Shown: positions 27,101 to 39,600 of the stretch, in pieces
Numbering within the stretch: the stretch's first letter is position 1
Layout of the letters: every line of letters begins with the position of its first letter
Assembly: GCA_000708835.1 (NCBI GenBank)
Contig: DF237443.1
Location: forward strand, 7,196-71,195
Length of the DNA stretch: 64,000 bases
Direction of reading: 5' to 3'
Source of the DNA: Klebsormidium nitens
Taxonomy: Eukaryota > Plantae > Klebsormidiophyceae
Made by a program: the position numbers and the translations under genes
The notes under the pieces: generated by a model
What the model was told of the DNA's origin: nothing
What the model saw: the letters and a program-made list of their open reading frames with translations, nothing else
Database searches by the model: none

Positions 27101-30100
27101 TACGTCTTCATCCACGTCGGCCGCGATGAAGCAAGGCTGGACGAACTTCTCTTCAAAGTACAGGTAGGCCCCGAGTAGGGAACATTGCAACACATCGATG
27201 TTGTAGGCCCCAGCCACCGGGCGACCTCTACTCAGGAAGGTGACTGGTCAGGATACAGCGGGAGGCGTGCTCACCTCCACTGTGAACGCGATGTGCATCT
27301 CCCCGGTCTCGGCTGCGAGGTCTCGTGCGCGCCAGCCGGCGTGCTGGAAGCGGGCCACCTGGTGCACGGAGCAGGCGGGGCTGGCGGGGGCCAGGCTCAG
27401 GTGCACCGTGCCCGCCACCTCCAGCTGCTCCAGCGCAGCGTCCTGCCGCACCGTAGCAGAGCACATTCAGGGGGCGGAGCAAGCACCGGGGAAGATTACT
27501 CAATAGAGGCGGGGCCAGCGGGAAAGAGTGCTGGAAAAGCGGCAATCCATGGAGGCGGCAGCTCCAAGGGAAATGCAGCCCGACCGGGATCTTCTTGCAG
27601 GAAAGTGGACACCAAAAGTGCGGCAGAGCAGGTACATCCCAGCAGCGTCCACCGAGCCTCGCCTTCCCAGTCGCGCTGGCCCAGATCACCACAGCCTCTT
27701 CTGGTGGCCCCCATCCGGTGCTCTCACCTCGAGCCAGACGACCTCGGTGGGCGCCACCTTGACGAAGCCGTCCTCCATGGCCGGGCGCCGTGCCACCTCC
27801 TCCGGCTCCACATGCAGCGGCCCTCCGTTGGGCGCCAGCCGTCGGCGCCGCTTGAGCACCCGTAGGAGGCCGGCAGGGGGGGCCCCCTGCTCGCGGGCGC
27901 TGCGCGGGGGGCTCTCGCGGCCGTCCATGTCGATGGCAACTTGGCCGGAGGGCTTGCCGGTCAGGGGCCGCGGATTGCGGATCTGGACCGTGATCATGAC
28001 GTGGCCGCTCTTGGTGAACTGCAAACAAGAGCCTCTTGTCAGTCGCCAAACCAGTAGGGAACAAAGAAGGGACTCGTACCAATGAAAGTACCCTTGATAG
28101 ATTTGAAGGGGCAAGGGACCCCGTTATTCCCCATCGTCGTACCTACGAGGTGAACTTTGACTAGTGGGACGTACGATGTGAATCTCATCTGAAACCATTC
28201 GCAATCTCAACGTTCCTGCACAACAGGGTACCAGCACATCCGACAGCAGGATGCTGCGGGGGGCGCAGGCAGGCATGGGCGGGGGTGCACCTTGAGCGCG
28301 TTGCTGACGAGGTTGATCAGGATCTGGCGCACGCGCACGGGGTCACCGACGAGCGTGGCGGGCACGGCGTCCTGCACGAGCGCCGCCAGCTGGAGGCCCT
28401 TGTCGCGCGCCTTGTCCACGAACAGGTTCACCACCGTCTCCACCAGCGGGCGCACCGCAAACGCAATGTGCTCGATCTCCATGTGGCCCGCCTCGATCTT
28501 GCTCAGGTCTGCACAGCACAGCGGCAGCACACACGAGTCAGGAAAAGGAGCCGGACGGAAGCAAGCGGCATGACTACTCCAGTAGGATGTAACTAGGGGA
28601 GAGAGTAAGCAGGCAAGCTGCACAAGAGCAGACCGAGCAAACGTGTGGCAAATTTGGCGACCAGCAGTTAAGCATAAAACTAGGCGCGCAGAGCGATGCC
28701 GAGCACGCTGTGGTATAAGGAGACGTGCAGGGTTGAGGCTGACCCAGGACGTCGTTAATGAGGGCGACCAGCGCGTCCCCGCTGGTTCTGGCGGTGCGCA
28801 CGTACTCCTTCTGCTGCATGTCCTGCACGATGCGCACCACACGGAATTGCTCAGCGACAACACGACCAGCACGGCCAGGCTGGACCGAGGGGGCCACCAA
28901 CAAGGGGGCCGGCAGACGTGTGTGAAGTGCAGACTGGGGAAATGGCGGGCAGACGACTACTGAACGACCTTCTACTTCGCGGTGCCTGGCCGGCCCTAAG
29001 TCGTGCCGGCCGGACGCAGGGCTGTGGTGGCGTGGTGTGCGCACCAGGTCAGTCTCGGCCATGAGGCCAATCATGCCGAGGATGCCGTTCATGGGCGTGC
29101 GGATCTCGTGCGACACCGTCGCGATGAAGCTCGACTTGGCCGCATCCGCCGCCTCCGCTGCCTCCTTGGCGGCCGCCATGTTCACGTTCAGCTCCGCCAG
29201 CTGCACGAAGCACGCCGGGGCAGGGTCAGGCAGGCCGCCCAGAGAGCGGCAGAGACGAGGCGGGGCACGTTAAGGGCAGCCAGGCTGGACAGTGAGCAGA
29301 CAAGGCAGGGAGCAAAACAAACCTTGTCCAAGGGCATCAACTCGTCCTTGGGATGTGGCGCTCCTATGCAGACTGTGGCGGGATACTAAAACTCGTAGCC
29401 AGAGCAAAAGAGTGGTAGATTTGCACAACTTCGTCGTGAGCTGGGACCTCAAAAGGTGGCGAAAAATACGGAATCGATTGGACTGGATCGGGAAGCATCA
29501 GAGGTAGCCTGGGCCTGCACGTCCTTGCCCCATCCACAGCCATGATCAAACCCGGTTTGTGAGGCTGTCCCCGTCTGGTGGCGGGGTGGGCGGGTGCGGC
29601 TCACCTGGTCGCGCTCCTTCTTGAAGCCCTTCATGGCCAGCAGGAGCAGGCCCGCGATGACCACCAGCAAGATGGCCACCAGCGAGAACAGCAGCCAGCT
29701 CCAGCCTGCGACCAGCCACCCACGCCACGTCACTAAGAGGGAGCATTCCCGTCAACATGCCAGGACCTCGGAAGTACCGACACGAAACATTGTGCAGAGC
29801 TTAAAAGAGGTCTCAACATCATTGCCGCATAGCATATCCGCCTTGAGAGACGTTCACATACAGCAAATACTCGGACGCCCAGTGCGGTGTGGCTCAATGG
29901 CGGTCCCAGGCTCACCTGCTCTGAGGCCGTGGATGTAGGGCATGGCCGGCTTGCGGCAGCGGATCTGGAACTGGCGCTGCCCGAAGCTAAAGGGGATCTC
30001 CGCGTCGGAGCGCCAGTGGTCCGTGAGAATGGTGCTGTTGGGGGGGAGGGGGCTTACGTCGAAGCTCTGAGAGACAGACAGCGTAAGGTCATGAACTCGT

Positions 30101-33024
30101 CAAAAATGAAGCCAAGTAGACCACGGGTGACAGCAAGAAGAAGGGACTGCACTGGACAGAATGAGGATTCCGCAGCAACTTTAAAAACCACGTTCGAGAA
30201 ATATAAGGAAGAGCAAGTGGCAGAGCGTTGAAAGGGCCTTGCCCCAGAAGCGCAGGTGCACGACCAGGCAGACGGATGATGCGAGCTCCTTTTTGTGGGA
30301 AGACAAGACCGACAATCTGGTCGGACTCGGTCACACACTCTGCAGTAGCGGGAACAAAGGCAGCCGTGGGAGCCCCTCAAGCTGACTGGGACTGCTCGCT
30401 GCTGCGACACCAAGAAACCCGGTGTCATGCTCACCGAGTCGCAGAGCACGCGCTGGGGGGGCCCCCTTGTAGCTGTGTACTTGACGAGCAGCGGGTCGAC
30501 GGTGGCGTCGTAGAGGCGCAGGTCGAGGCTGTTGTCGGGGAACTGGGAGGCAGCGTCCTGGCAGATGTAGCTCACGTTGAAGTAGGCCATCAGGTAGCCG
30601 TACAAGTTGGCCTGGCGGACCTGCCAGAAGGGGAAGAGATCACCACCAGTCAGTCGAGCCTGGGTGACATGGGGTGGGAAGGAGCAGACACCCTCTGGCT
30701 TGTCAGCTGGGACCGTGGCGTTTCAGGGACTAGGTGGGGCCCATACAAAACAGAGCTCAATGCGGCAGTCAGGGGAAGTGGGCCCCATACAAAACAGAGC
30801 TCAATGCGGCAGTCAGGGGAAGGAGAAGCCATGATAGCAGTTCATACGCAATTGCTATCAGTCTTATCTGCCAACCACTTCAAGAACCAGTATTTCCAAA
30901 ATCCGGGTTCAAATCGTCTCCACGCTTTTGTGGGCTCAATCTACATATGGTCAACCACATCTTTGCGACCACTACCAGAAACTAGAACGACTCTCCAACG
31001 TAAAGCTGCCAGTGAGTGTCGTTCACAAGTTGAACCCCGCCAAAACATCAAGCAAGGCAGTGCTGAAAAGCTAAGAGGCCTAGGAGAGCCGCAAAAGGCA
31101 ACGCTCTAGGCCGTAGTTCACGAGCTCAGCGCTGAGAAAGTGCCCTACTAGAAGGTAACCAAATGTATGAGGCGCATCCGACCACAGCTACTACAAGACC
31201 GACTTGTAACGGGATAGTACCTCAACAGAACCTTGTGTGAGACAATATCTAGGCTGTGAACTGGATTCAAGCTGCCTGCTCTTAAGAGTCCCGAATGCAC
31301 TGGTGGTTTTGGTGTGCCAGCAATGGTGAAATCAGATGTATAACCTCTGCTCTCTTGAGCAGGCAACGTCCAGCACTTTGTGTGCCCTGCTTGCCGGCCA
31401 GCCTGCGCGCTCGCTGCGCCTGCTGTGTGTGTAGCATGGCACTGACCTGCAGTGAGGCGAGCTGGGCCTGCTCCTCGTCAAGGTCGGAGTAGACGGGGTA
31501 ATAGAGCATGAAGCCCAGGGCGCCAAAGTAGTTGGAGCTGGCAGACGCCTGGGGCAGGCCGCTGTCGCGAGCGAGGAGAGCGTACGAAGCCAGCACGCCC
31601 GAATACACGTCGTACCTACAACGACAGGCCAGCACGAGGCGGTGGTTCGCAAGGGAGCCAGCACAGGCAGCCAACATATCTTTGACAGGAAAAGCACCCG
31701 CAATTGATATCAGAATTGGTTTGCAACTCAGCAAATTTGCCAAGTAGGTACCACTTGACTTGTGGACACGACCGGGCGCATGCTGACCTCCAGTGCCACT
31801 TCAGTACAACATGAGACATGCTCCCTGCTTGACCAGGCAGTGAAATACTGCCGTCAAGAGCTATTCTTCAAGGGTTGTAGAGGAGTCAATGCAATACTCA
31901 AGGCATGAGGCACTGAGGTGCATCTAGTCGCCTGATGCTGCAGGCCGCCCGGTGCAGGGTGCCCTTCCCATAGCAGGGCACAATTTCAAACATCGTTGAC
32001 ATTGTTCTGTCTGGAGAGGGCATAGCAGTGCATGGCTACCCGGTGAACTCGGGAAGGGGGGGGTGGCGCAGAGGGCCTGCTGGTACTCACCCATACCAGC
32101 CGGCATTGGTTAGGCTGGGATGTGGATCTGCAGCGGCAAAGAACTCCACTGGCGCATAATCTGCCTTCGGACCGGACACTTGCACGCTCCCGTTCGGTAA
32201 GGTCTCCATGATGGGGAAGCCATGTGCTGCTTCGAATGCAGCCCTGTCTGGGCCTAATACGTGCAACACCGCGTAAATGGTGGGGCTGCAGCAGAAAGAG
32301 CGGGTCAGCATCTGCCAGCCTGGCCGCGCTTTTGCAAGTCCCCATCCTGCTTGCTGTGATCCAGGTTGTCTCGGAGGTCAGCTTTGCACAAAAGGCAAGA
32401 TGAGACCATCGTGTACCAGTTACTTGATTGAACATCTCACCTGTAACGGCGAGTCCAGGATGTAACATTTGCAAAGGACGTGAATTGAAGTCGCTCCGGT
32501 TTTACAGTTTGCATGAAGCCCGCGAAGACCCCGGTCGAGAATTAGCTGCTGTTGAAGAGGCCTTCAATGACCTGCAGGAAAGTGAGGGCCACATTGAAGC
32601 TGCTCTTCTCAAGCCTCTTCTAGATTCACATGGATCGGTGCCGGAGCTGCTCCGGCAAACTCCTTTCCAATGACCAGACTCCAAGCCCAGAACTATCTCC
32701 CGCAGCAAAGCGGATGCCAATATCGGACGGCAGAGGGCGTCTCAAAGACATGAGGATCTTTCTAAGACGCTGAGACAGTGGCATTGTGACCATCCCTTGG
32801 TGGTGGAGGGCAAGCAAACCTTTGATAAGGATGTTACAAGGTGAAGCATCCCAGCAACAGTGCCAGCGACTTACCTGAGCCCTGCTCTCGCAATTGAGCT
32901 CAAACTGTTTGTCCCAGTCATTTTGAGCTGTCAGGTAGAGAATACCACTGACCAGACCCGCAACAGCAACGGCCAGAAACAAAAGGCCGAAGACCGCACA
33001 GCACTTTGTTCGGCAACCCATCAT
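24111..33024 (-). CDS. CHK: CHASE-domain hybrid histidine kinase (cytokinin-receptor-like): TM-CHASE-TM-HisKA-HATPase-receiver-like-receiver; 18 exons, 1173 codons, one in-frame TAA at 32542-32544
   Basis: Exons 33024-32875, 32571-32441, 32285-32091, 31615-31447, 30620-30435, 30066-29916, 29732-29605, 29200-29045, 28822-28744, 28508-28291, 28018-27728, 27442-27275, 26992-26913, 26671-26478, 26288-25421, 25175-24934, 24743-24687 and 24169-24111 all join in phase. Motifs: [65 protein letters not shown]. Confidence 0.9.
30734..30821. repeat. Two 44-bp tandem copies in a CHK intron
   Basis: GTGG(G/C)..CCATACAAAACAGAGCTCAATGCGGCAGTCAGGGGAA occurs twice in direct tandem. Confidence 0.9.
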
Positions 33025-34090
33025 CTTTCACTGCTGTAAGTGCCCCAGTTTAGGCCCCTATTGCCCCATGTTGTCGTGCTTGCTCAGGAGGGTGCTTGGT
33101 GCGCACAAGGGGTGGGCATCCGCCGCTAATGATGCCAATGGGGTCCAGCCTCCTTTCAACCAGCAGAAACTGACTATATCATGAAGAATAGTGCTCTAGC
33201 GATGCAAACACGCGCCAGTCCAGCAGTGACTACTTGAAAAGGTTTTCACTGGTCTCTAAGCCCATCTTCAAGGTCCGAGTCCAGGTCTTCAGTCTTCGGG
33301 CACGGGCAGCTCATAGAAAAGAGCCCCTCTGCGGCTCTTGTTGACGCAGAGCTCACTCTATCATTGGAATTTAGCCTCAAAAGTGCACGTCTCAAAACTC
33401 ACAAAACATACATACATACATACTTCTCTTACAAGGCCGTTCACCAACAGAGTCTCTGGCTGGCAGGTCCAAATGCCCAATCAGCGCCCCTTGCGGACGT
33501 CACGAGCAAGATGGAGCTACCTAACCTTTCCTCCCTAGGCCCCTAGCTGACTCCCAAGTCCCGAAGCCTGCATGAGCGGTTCCCAGAGGCAGAGCACCAT
33601 GCGCAGATTGAGCAGGGGGAGGCCCACAAAGATCTCCATCATGCGAAAATGATCTCCCCCGAGTTCAACTCTCATTGCACGCCGCACCGCCGCCCGGGAC
33701 GCGTGGCGCTCGCTCAACACTGGTCAAATCTGTGTGAACGGCGATATGCGGCCTGGATGCCCTTCATTGGAAGCCCACCAAATCTGAGCGTATCAACGTG
33801 ACGTCGGTTCTTGTACCGTAGTATAGTCACGGTACCGTTCACAGCGCGGCCGCAGGAGCTGGCAGCAACTAGATATCGGAGTACCTAGGCTAAGTAGTAG
33901 ATAACGGTGTTATCTATCTCAACACTGAATGCCATTACCGCACAACTTCAAGAAGACTGACCCGGATTGCCACCGACTGCAGATGGGGCTTTTTGGGGGC
34001 CTTCTCTCTCTGTCAGTGTCGGGTCCGACACTGTCAGGCTTTGACTCTGCAGAACGGCGCTGATTCTCGAAGAAGTTGCAGCTGAGCATC

Positions 34091-36078
34091 ATGCCCATGG
34101 CTGCCTCCGCCAGCTCTACGAAAGTTCTGGGTCTGCCGCAATGTGGACAGGTTGGGGATCGAGTGGAGCAGACGGACAGGATAGAGACTGGGGGCCGTTC
34201 CATCTTTACGCAGGCTCAGCAGAAGTCTCTCAGGTTCCGTCCGGTCTGCATACGTGTTGGTGAGCTCCCACTTCTTGTCCGTCATGCCATATAGTGCCCG
34301 CCTCATACTGTGCTGGAGGTCAGATGTGGTTCAGGCTGATTGAGGACAATTCATGCACTGGCAGGTTGGTTGGTAGGACAACTTACACTCAGTCTGGACT
34401 TTAATATCATTTGGGCAACAGTGGTACTTGTCCTGAGCTTGAGCAAACACAATGAGGTGTGTGTGGCCCGTCTTATGGGGTGCTTGGCTAGTCTCCTTCT
34501 TACATGGTTCGGAGAATTGCCAATGCCACTAACGGTGACATTGGGATCAAGCACACTTGGTGCTGGATTGCGTAGGGTTGTGGGCAGAGGAAGAAGCTGC
34601 CCCATAGCGTCGCTTAGCTTTGCTCTTGACAAGAAGCGGTAGCCTGGTGACTTTGCCCAGTAATGCGTGGTCCTTCGCTGACCCATCCGCTGCACACACA
34701 GGCTCGCGCGCTTTTACCAGTCGTGGACGACAAGTTGAGGGAGGTCCTCAGATAAGGTGCCAGGTGGGTGCTTCTGCGCAGTCCCACCTTGAAGAGCAGC
34801 CGCTCCAATCGAGCATGTCGCTTGCATCTAACTCCCAAATGTTTTCTCCGACTTGGAGTTACAAAGCCAGGTTTAAAACAGGGCTCCATTATGACCACTT
34901 TTAGGGCTGCAGCTGTGCACAATGATGGGAGGAGTTTGCAATCCTCTGATTCGTCACCGGCCAGCATAGTCCCGGCCCAGCATAGTCCCCGCCCGTTGAG
35001 TTGTCCTGCGCCAAATTGTCATACAATGCATTACATGCCGTGCAGGCTGCTCAATCGGAGGGCTCTTCTTCGCCCTCTGAAACCACCACCCCAAACCGTT
35101 CGTTGCTTTGCCAAAATTGTGATGGGAATGGTGAGTCGGTCCGCTTTTCCCCCCCTTCCCTTCATGCAATGCATGCTCTGCATGATCACCAGGTTTGTTG
35201 CCTGGGCTGGGGCTTGGACACCATCCATGGAGCTCATTGTCCGGTAGCTCATGGCATTCATCACAGATTAATACCCAATTGGATGAAAGGTTGAAGCTGT
35301 GGTTGAAAGTGGTTAAGGAACACTAGGTGAAGTCCTGTTTCGCAGGCCTTCAGCGGACGGGGCCGCAATCATTGCACCGGCAGCCCCTCCTGTGTGCTTT
35401 TCTGCCCCAGCACTTGCTCTTCTACACAGGCGTGCTTCCCTGTATGGGGCTACCGGATGCTTCCAGGTGGCCAGCCTGCTGCACTCTGGTTCTTCCTCAT
35501 GCCGTGTATGGCTGCTGAGTGACGTGGTTGCCTGTAGGAGCGGTGCCGTGTGGCCAATGCAAGGGCACCGGCGTGAACCAGGAGGACAAGTTTGACGGGC
35601 GATTCAAGGCCGGCCAGACGTGCTGGTTGTGCAGGTGAGCCCGGGCCAGCGTCACCAGCAGCGACAGCTCCATGGACGAAGGCGTTGGGCAGGCTTGCCA
35701 GAGCATTGTTATTGTCGCCAGTTGCTTCTTTTCTGATCCTCCCCCAACATTGCAGCACGCCAAACATTAAGGACCATGTTAGAATGTTGGGGTGTGCGAA
35801 CCCGGCCTTAGCGGACGTTGCACTCTTAACAGGGCATTTATGACAAACTGCAAAACAGTAAGGGCAGGCTAATCAAAACTTATGTCATCAAATGAGCTTC
35901 TCGTTTGGTGGTATTATTTTGCTCATGGTCTGCTTGACAAGGGATGGGCAGTAACCTTGGATATGCAATACTCAGATTGTGGTTTCTGTGCTTCTGCAGG
36001 GGAAAGAGGCAGATGCTGTGTGGAGAGTGCAATGGAGCAGGCTTCGTTGGGGGTTTCATGAGCACGCAAAGCGACTGA
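34091..36078 (+). CDS. BSD2: BSD2 plastid DnaJ-like zinc-finger Rubisco chaperone; exons 34091-34259, 34702-34763, 35046-35130, 35538-35634, 36000-36078, about 163 aa
   Basis: Spliced C-terminus LCQNCDGNGAVPCGQCKGTGVNQEDKFDGRFKAGQTCWLCRGKRQMLCGECNGAGFVGGFMST matches the BSD2 pattern. The two transit-peptide exons are less certain. Confidence 0.88.
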
Positions 36079-36647
36079 CCGGGGCGGGGCTCGCACCTGT
36101 TATAGAAGTGGTGTTGCTTTTACAATATCTGCTTGTAAATAACTTGGTGATTTGTTTGGTCGTTTTTGGCGCACATATTCCTGTGCTCAAGTATCAATTT
36201 AGTTGCGTGCAGGCTTTATCTAATGCAAATGGAAGTGGGTATGCTCATGGCCATTCAAACAAACGGGGTTTTTGACTTCTTCAAACTTGTTGATGTACAG
36301 AACGTTGGTGCATGAAACCTTCTCATGCACCTGTTCTCTTGATCGCGATATCAAGTGTTCTGCATCACGTGATGCATGCGATCATACGTTAAATGCACAC
36401 AAGCATGCAACAGATAGAAGTGCGGCCGCACAGCCATGTTGAAGCGCACATGAGCACATGCATTGATGTTATAGAGGCCAGACTTTCCATCTTAGCCGGC
36501 TTCCAAGAGCTCACATCGCAGTTGCCAGAATCTCACGAGACAGACTCGTCGGAAAGCGCTGGTGCAAACTTGCCGTCAAAAGATGTCGACCCCTCACCCT
36601 GCGAGCCAGTGGCACACTGGACAGAGTGTCTGCAAGAAGGTTTTGTA

Positions 36648-39600
36648 TCAGAGGTCCGCCGGCATTCGGCTGAGCACCTTCGCCACGAGTTTGCTGTTGA
36701 TCTCGAAGACAAGCCGCAGGCCGCCTATTTCTAAAAGGCACTTGTTCTCGAGCTTTTCTCGGCTGCCTGCTTCCACAGGCCGATTATTCACCTAGCAAGA
36801 CAATCAGAAGGAGGGAGATCAGCGCACGGCCATTTGAATCAGGAGAATCCGGATACTCTCGGAGTAGGAAAGTCCGTAAGTAAGGTGCAGCGGTGTTCTG
36901 ACAGCCACCTTTCTTGCAAGCAGCCAGGGCGGCAGAAATCGAACTCCTTTATGGGGGTCACAGCCCGTAGTTTCTCTCTCCTGCTGGCAGTCAGAGATGG
37001 ATTGCCAATCCGTAAAGAACTTTCCAATCGCAAGCAAGCCGTTCAAATCTGCTGGATCCTTTGCCAACTTTCCATACCGGACATTTGACCAGAGCTGTGG
37101 ACGACCATGCTGTTTGGCCGATCGCAGCTGCCCAGTCCGCCAGCTTTTGCCCCGGGCTTAGAGCACGGTACCCAGTAAAAAGAAGAAACTGAAATTTGCC
37201 ACACTTGACTGCCACCCTGAACTCAACAGGACCCTAAGACGTTCTACCCAAGCCCGCCCGAAACCCCGCCAAAACCCCACCAAACTTTCTCGGTTCCCCT
37301 CTGCCTTTCAGCCACTGTACGAATCGTGCCGACGGTTACATGCCTTGCTTGAAGTAAGTATGAGACTCCGGATAATTGTGCTGCTTGTCACGGACAACCA
37401 GCACTAACTGTCTGCAAATCCGGCTCTGAATTCCGCCGCCACATTCGCAGCCCCTCTGTTAGTGGCGCGCGTGCGCGTTTACCTGGAACTCCCGCTTGCC
37501 CAGGTTCTTGATGTACCAGTTGCCGTCCTTCTTGAGCTTGATGCTGGCCTGCTTGCGCGACACCTTGGTGGCGGCACCCTCCACCGCCAGGTCCACATCC
37601 ACCGCCGCCTCCACCGTCGACCGCCCCACCAAGATCTGCACACGCGCGCCCAGCGTAACCGCATCAGGAACCGGTGGCGCAAGGGATCTCCACTCCGCTG
37701 ACAAGCAGCGATTGTAGGAAATGCTGCGATAGGAAGCCTGGGCTGCACAAAGCGGGAGGGCAGCCAGCACGGCGGGCGGGCTACCAGAAGACACGCAGTC
37801 TCCAACACAGAAGTAAAGAGGCCGTGCCAAATCCCACCACCCTCCGTAATCCGTCCCCTGCTTCCGATCTTGGCGTAGACACTGGCCTGGCGGCACAATG
37901 CATGCATGCTCACCTCAGAATCTCGGATGAGGTAGCGCAGGCGGCGGCCATAGAGCACTGCGAGAGCGCGCTCGCGGGTGAGCTGGCGGCAGGTGGCGGA
38001 GTCCGCCAGCTGCTCGAGGCGCAGCATGGCCTTGCGGTGCTTGCCCTGCAGCCGCCGCGCATGCCGCCGCGCTGCGTCGCCCGTCTCGTCGTCCGGCTCC
38101 AGGTCGCAGTCGAGCACCAGCGCCTCCACGTCCGAGAAGTACAGCTGCAACCACGACCGCCAAAACGAATGTCAATAACCTCGACCGTTTCGAGAAAGAT
38201 TGGGCGATCACGATAGAGAGAGGCAGCCCCTCTTCGCCCCTTGTTGCTCGTTGGTTCCGCCCTCGCACAGCGGCACTCCCTTGACAAAAGGAACCTCAGA
38301 GGGCGAGTGTCGGGGGCTTTCAAGATCACCACTCTGGAACAGTACGAAACGCCTGAGCATCCATTCTGATGCTGGCGTGCTCCTCGTCACTGCCTGGCCC
38401 TTCATCGGCAAAAACGCAACAGATCAGCCCGAGGTCCCAGCACCACCTGTGTGGCGGCGTGAAAAGATTCTCCGGGCAAGCGTGCTCCGCTTACCGGCTC
38501 CTCCTCGCTGTTCCACGCGTCGTCTTCCGACCCCGCCTTCCCTGCCGCCTCCCGCCCCGCCTCCTCGCCGGGGGCCCGTCCGTCCTCTCCAGTGTCCGCA
38601 GGCTGCCTCCCCCCGGGCCCGGGCCCTAGCGGCCTTTCTGCATCGACGCTAGCGGTGCGCGCCAGCTGCCGGTCCCTGAAGCGCGCGATGTCCCCGGGTT
38701 CGCTGCGCGTGTCCTCCTCCATCAGCTGCAGCTGCTGCGCCAGGGGTGGCAGCGCCGTGCGTGCGTGGGGGGCCAGGGCGGGGCTGCTGCTCGGCCGGGC
38801 GGCCTCCCCGAGCGCCACCAGGTGCCGGCTGGCGGAAGTCCCCGGGGGTGCCAGCAGCGCAGCCGAGGGCAAGGGCAGGAAATCGAGCTCCTCGGTAGCG
38901 TCAGCTCCCGGGAGCGGGGTGAAGGTGGGGGAGGGCCCCGTGCCGCGCCCAAAGTTGAAGAGAGGCGACGGTGCAGGGCGCTTCTTCTCGTTGGGACTCC
39001 AGGGGACGAGCGCGTCGAGGTCCGGCAGCAGGTCCGGGCCAGGGGGCGCCGCCTGAGGGCCCAGCCGCGGGGTGCTCCAGGGGGACGACTTGCGGGGCGG
39101 GGCCAGCCGGAAGTCGCCGGGAGGGGCAGTACCGTCCGCGGAGTGGCCGGCTCTTTCAGAAACCTGCGCACCCGCTGCATCCTGGTCCTCCTGTGGGGGT
39201 CCTGCTTCCGATGGCGCGACTTGTTCCCGACCATGGCCCTCTTCCACCTCCTCACTCAACTCAGCAACCTTCCCCTCCTTCCGCCTAGTCTTCATGTCCT
39301 CCCCGTCCTGCCCTCTGGAGCTGGCGTCCCCTGCTTCTGTCGACGGCGCCTGTGCCCTGTCTGCGGTGCTGGCATGGGCGGCCCCCTCCCTCTCGTGCGC
39401 TGCGCTGTCGCTCAGCCCGAATGAGAGCTCCGGCCCCGACCGCTCTCCCCCTGATGACGGCACCTCTAGCAGGCCGTCCTGCAGCTTCCGCCCGTCACCT
39501 CCTCGCCCCTGCGCCCCTGTGCCCCCTTCCCCTTCCCTCGCGTCCTGCTCAGCAGCCTCCATCCCTGCCCCGTCAGCAGCTGCCGCGGGGCTCGCCTTCC

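Noticed and set aside
32542-32544. Non-standard genetic code (TAA/TAG read as Gln) as the explanation for the CHK stop
   Set aside because: CHK itself ends in TAG and the mL80-like gene in TAA. I met no other in-frame TAA/TAG in the host exons I translated, and Gln is encoded by CAG/CAA.
33535-34306. Minus-strand ORFs upstream of CHK as an N-terminal extension
   Set aside because: No in-phase splice path to the ATG at 33024 was found, and part of the region is antisense to BSD2 exon 1.
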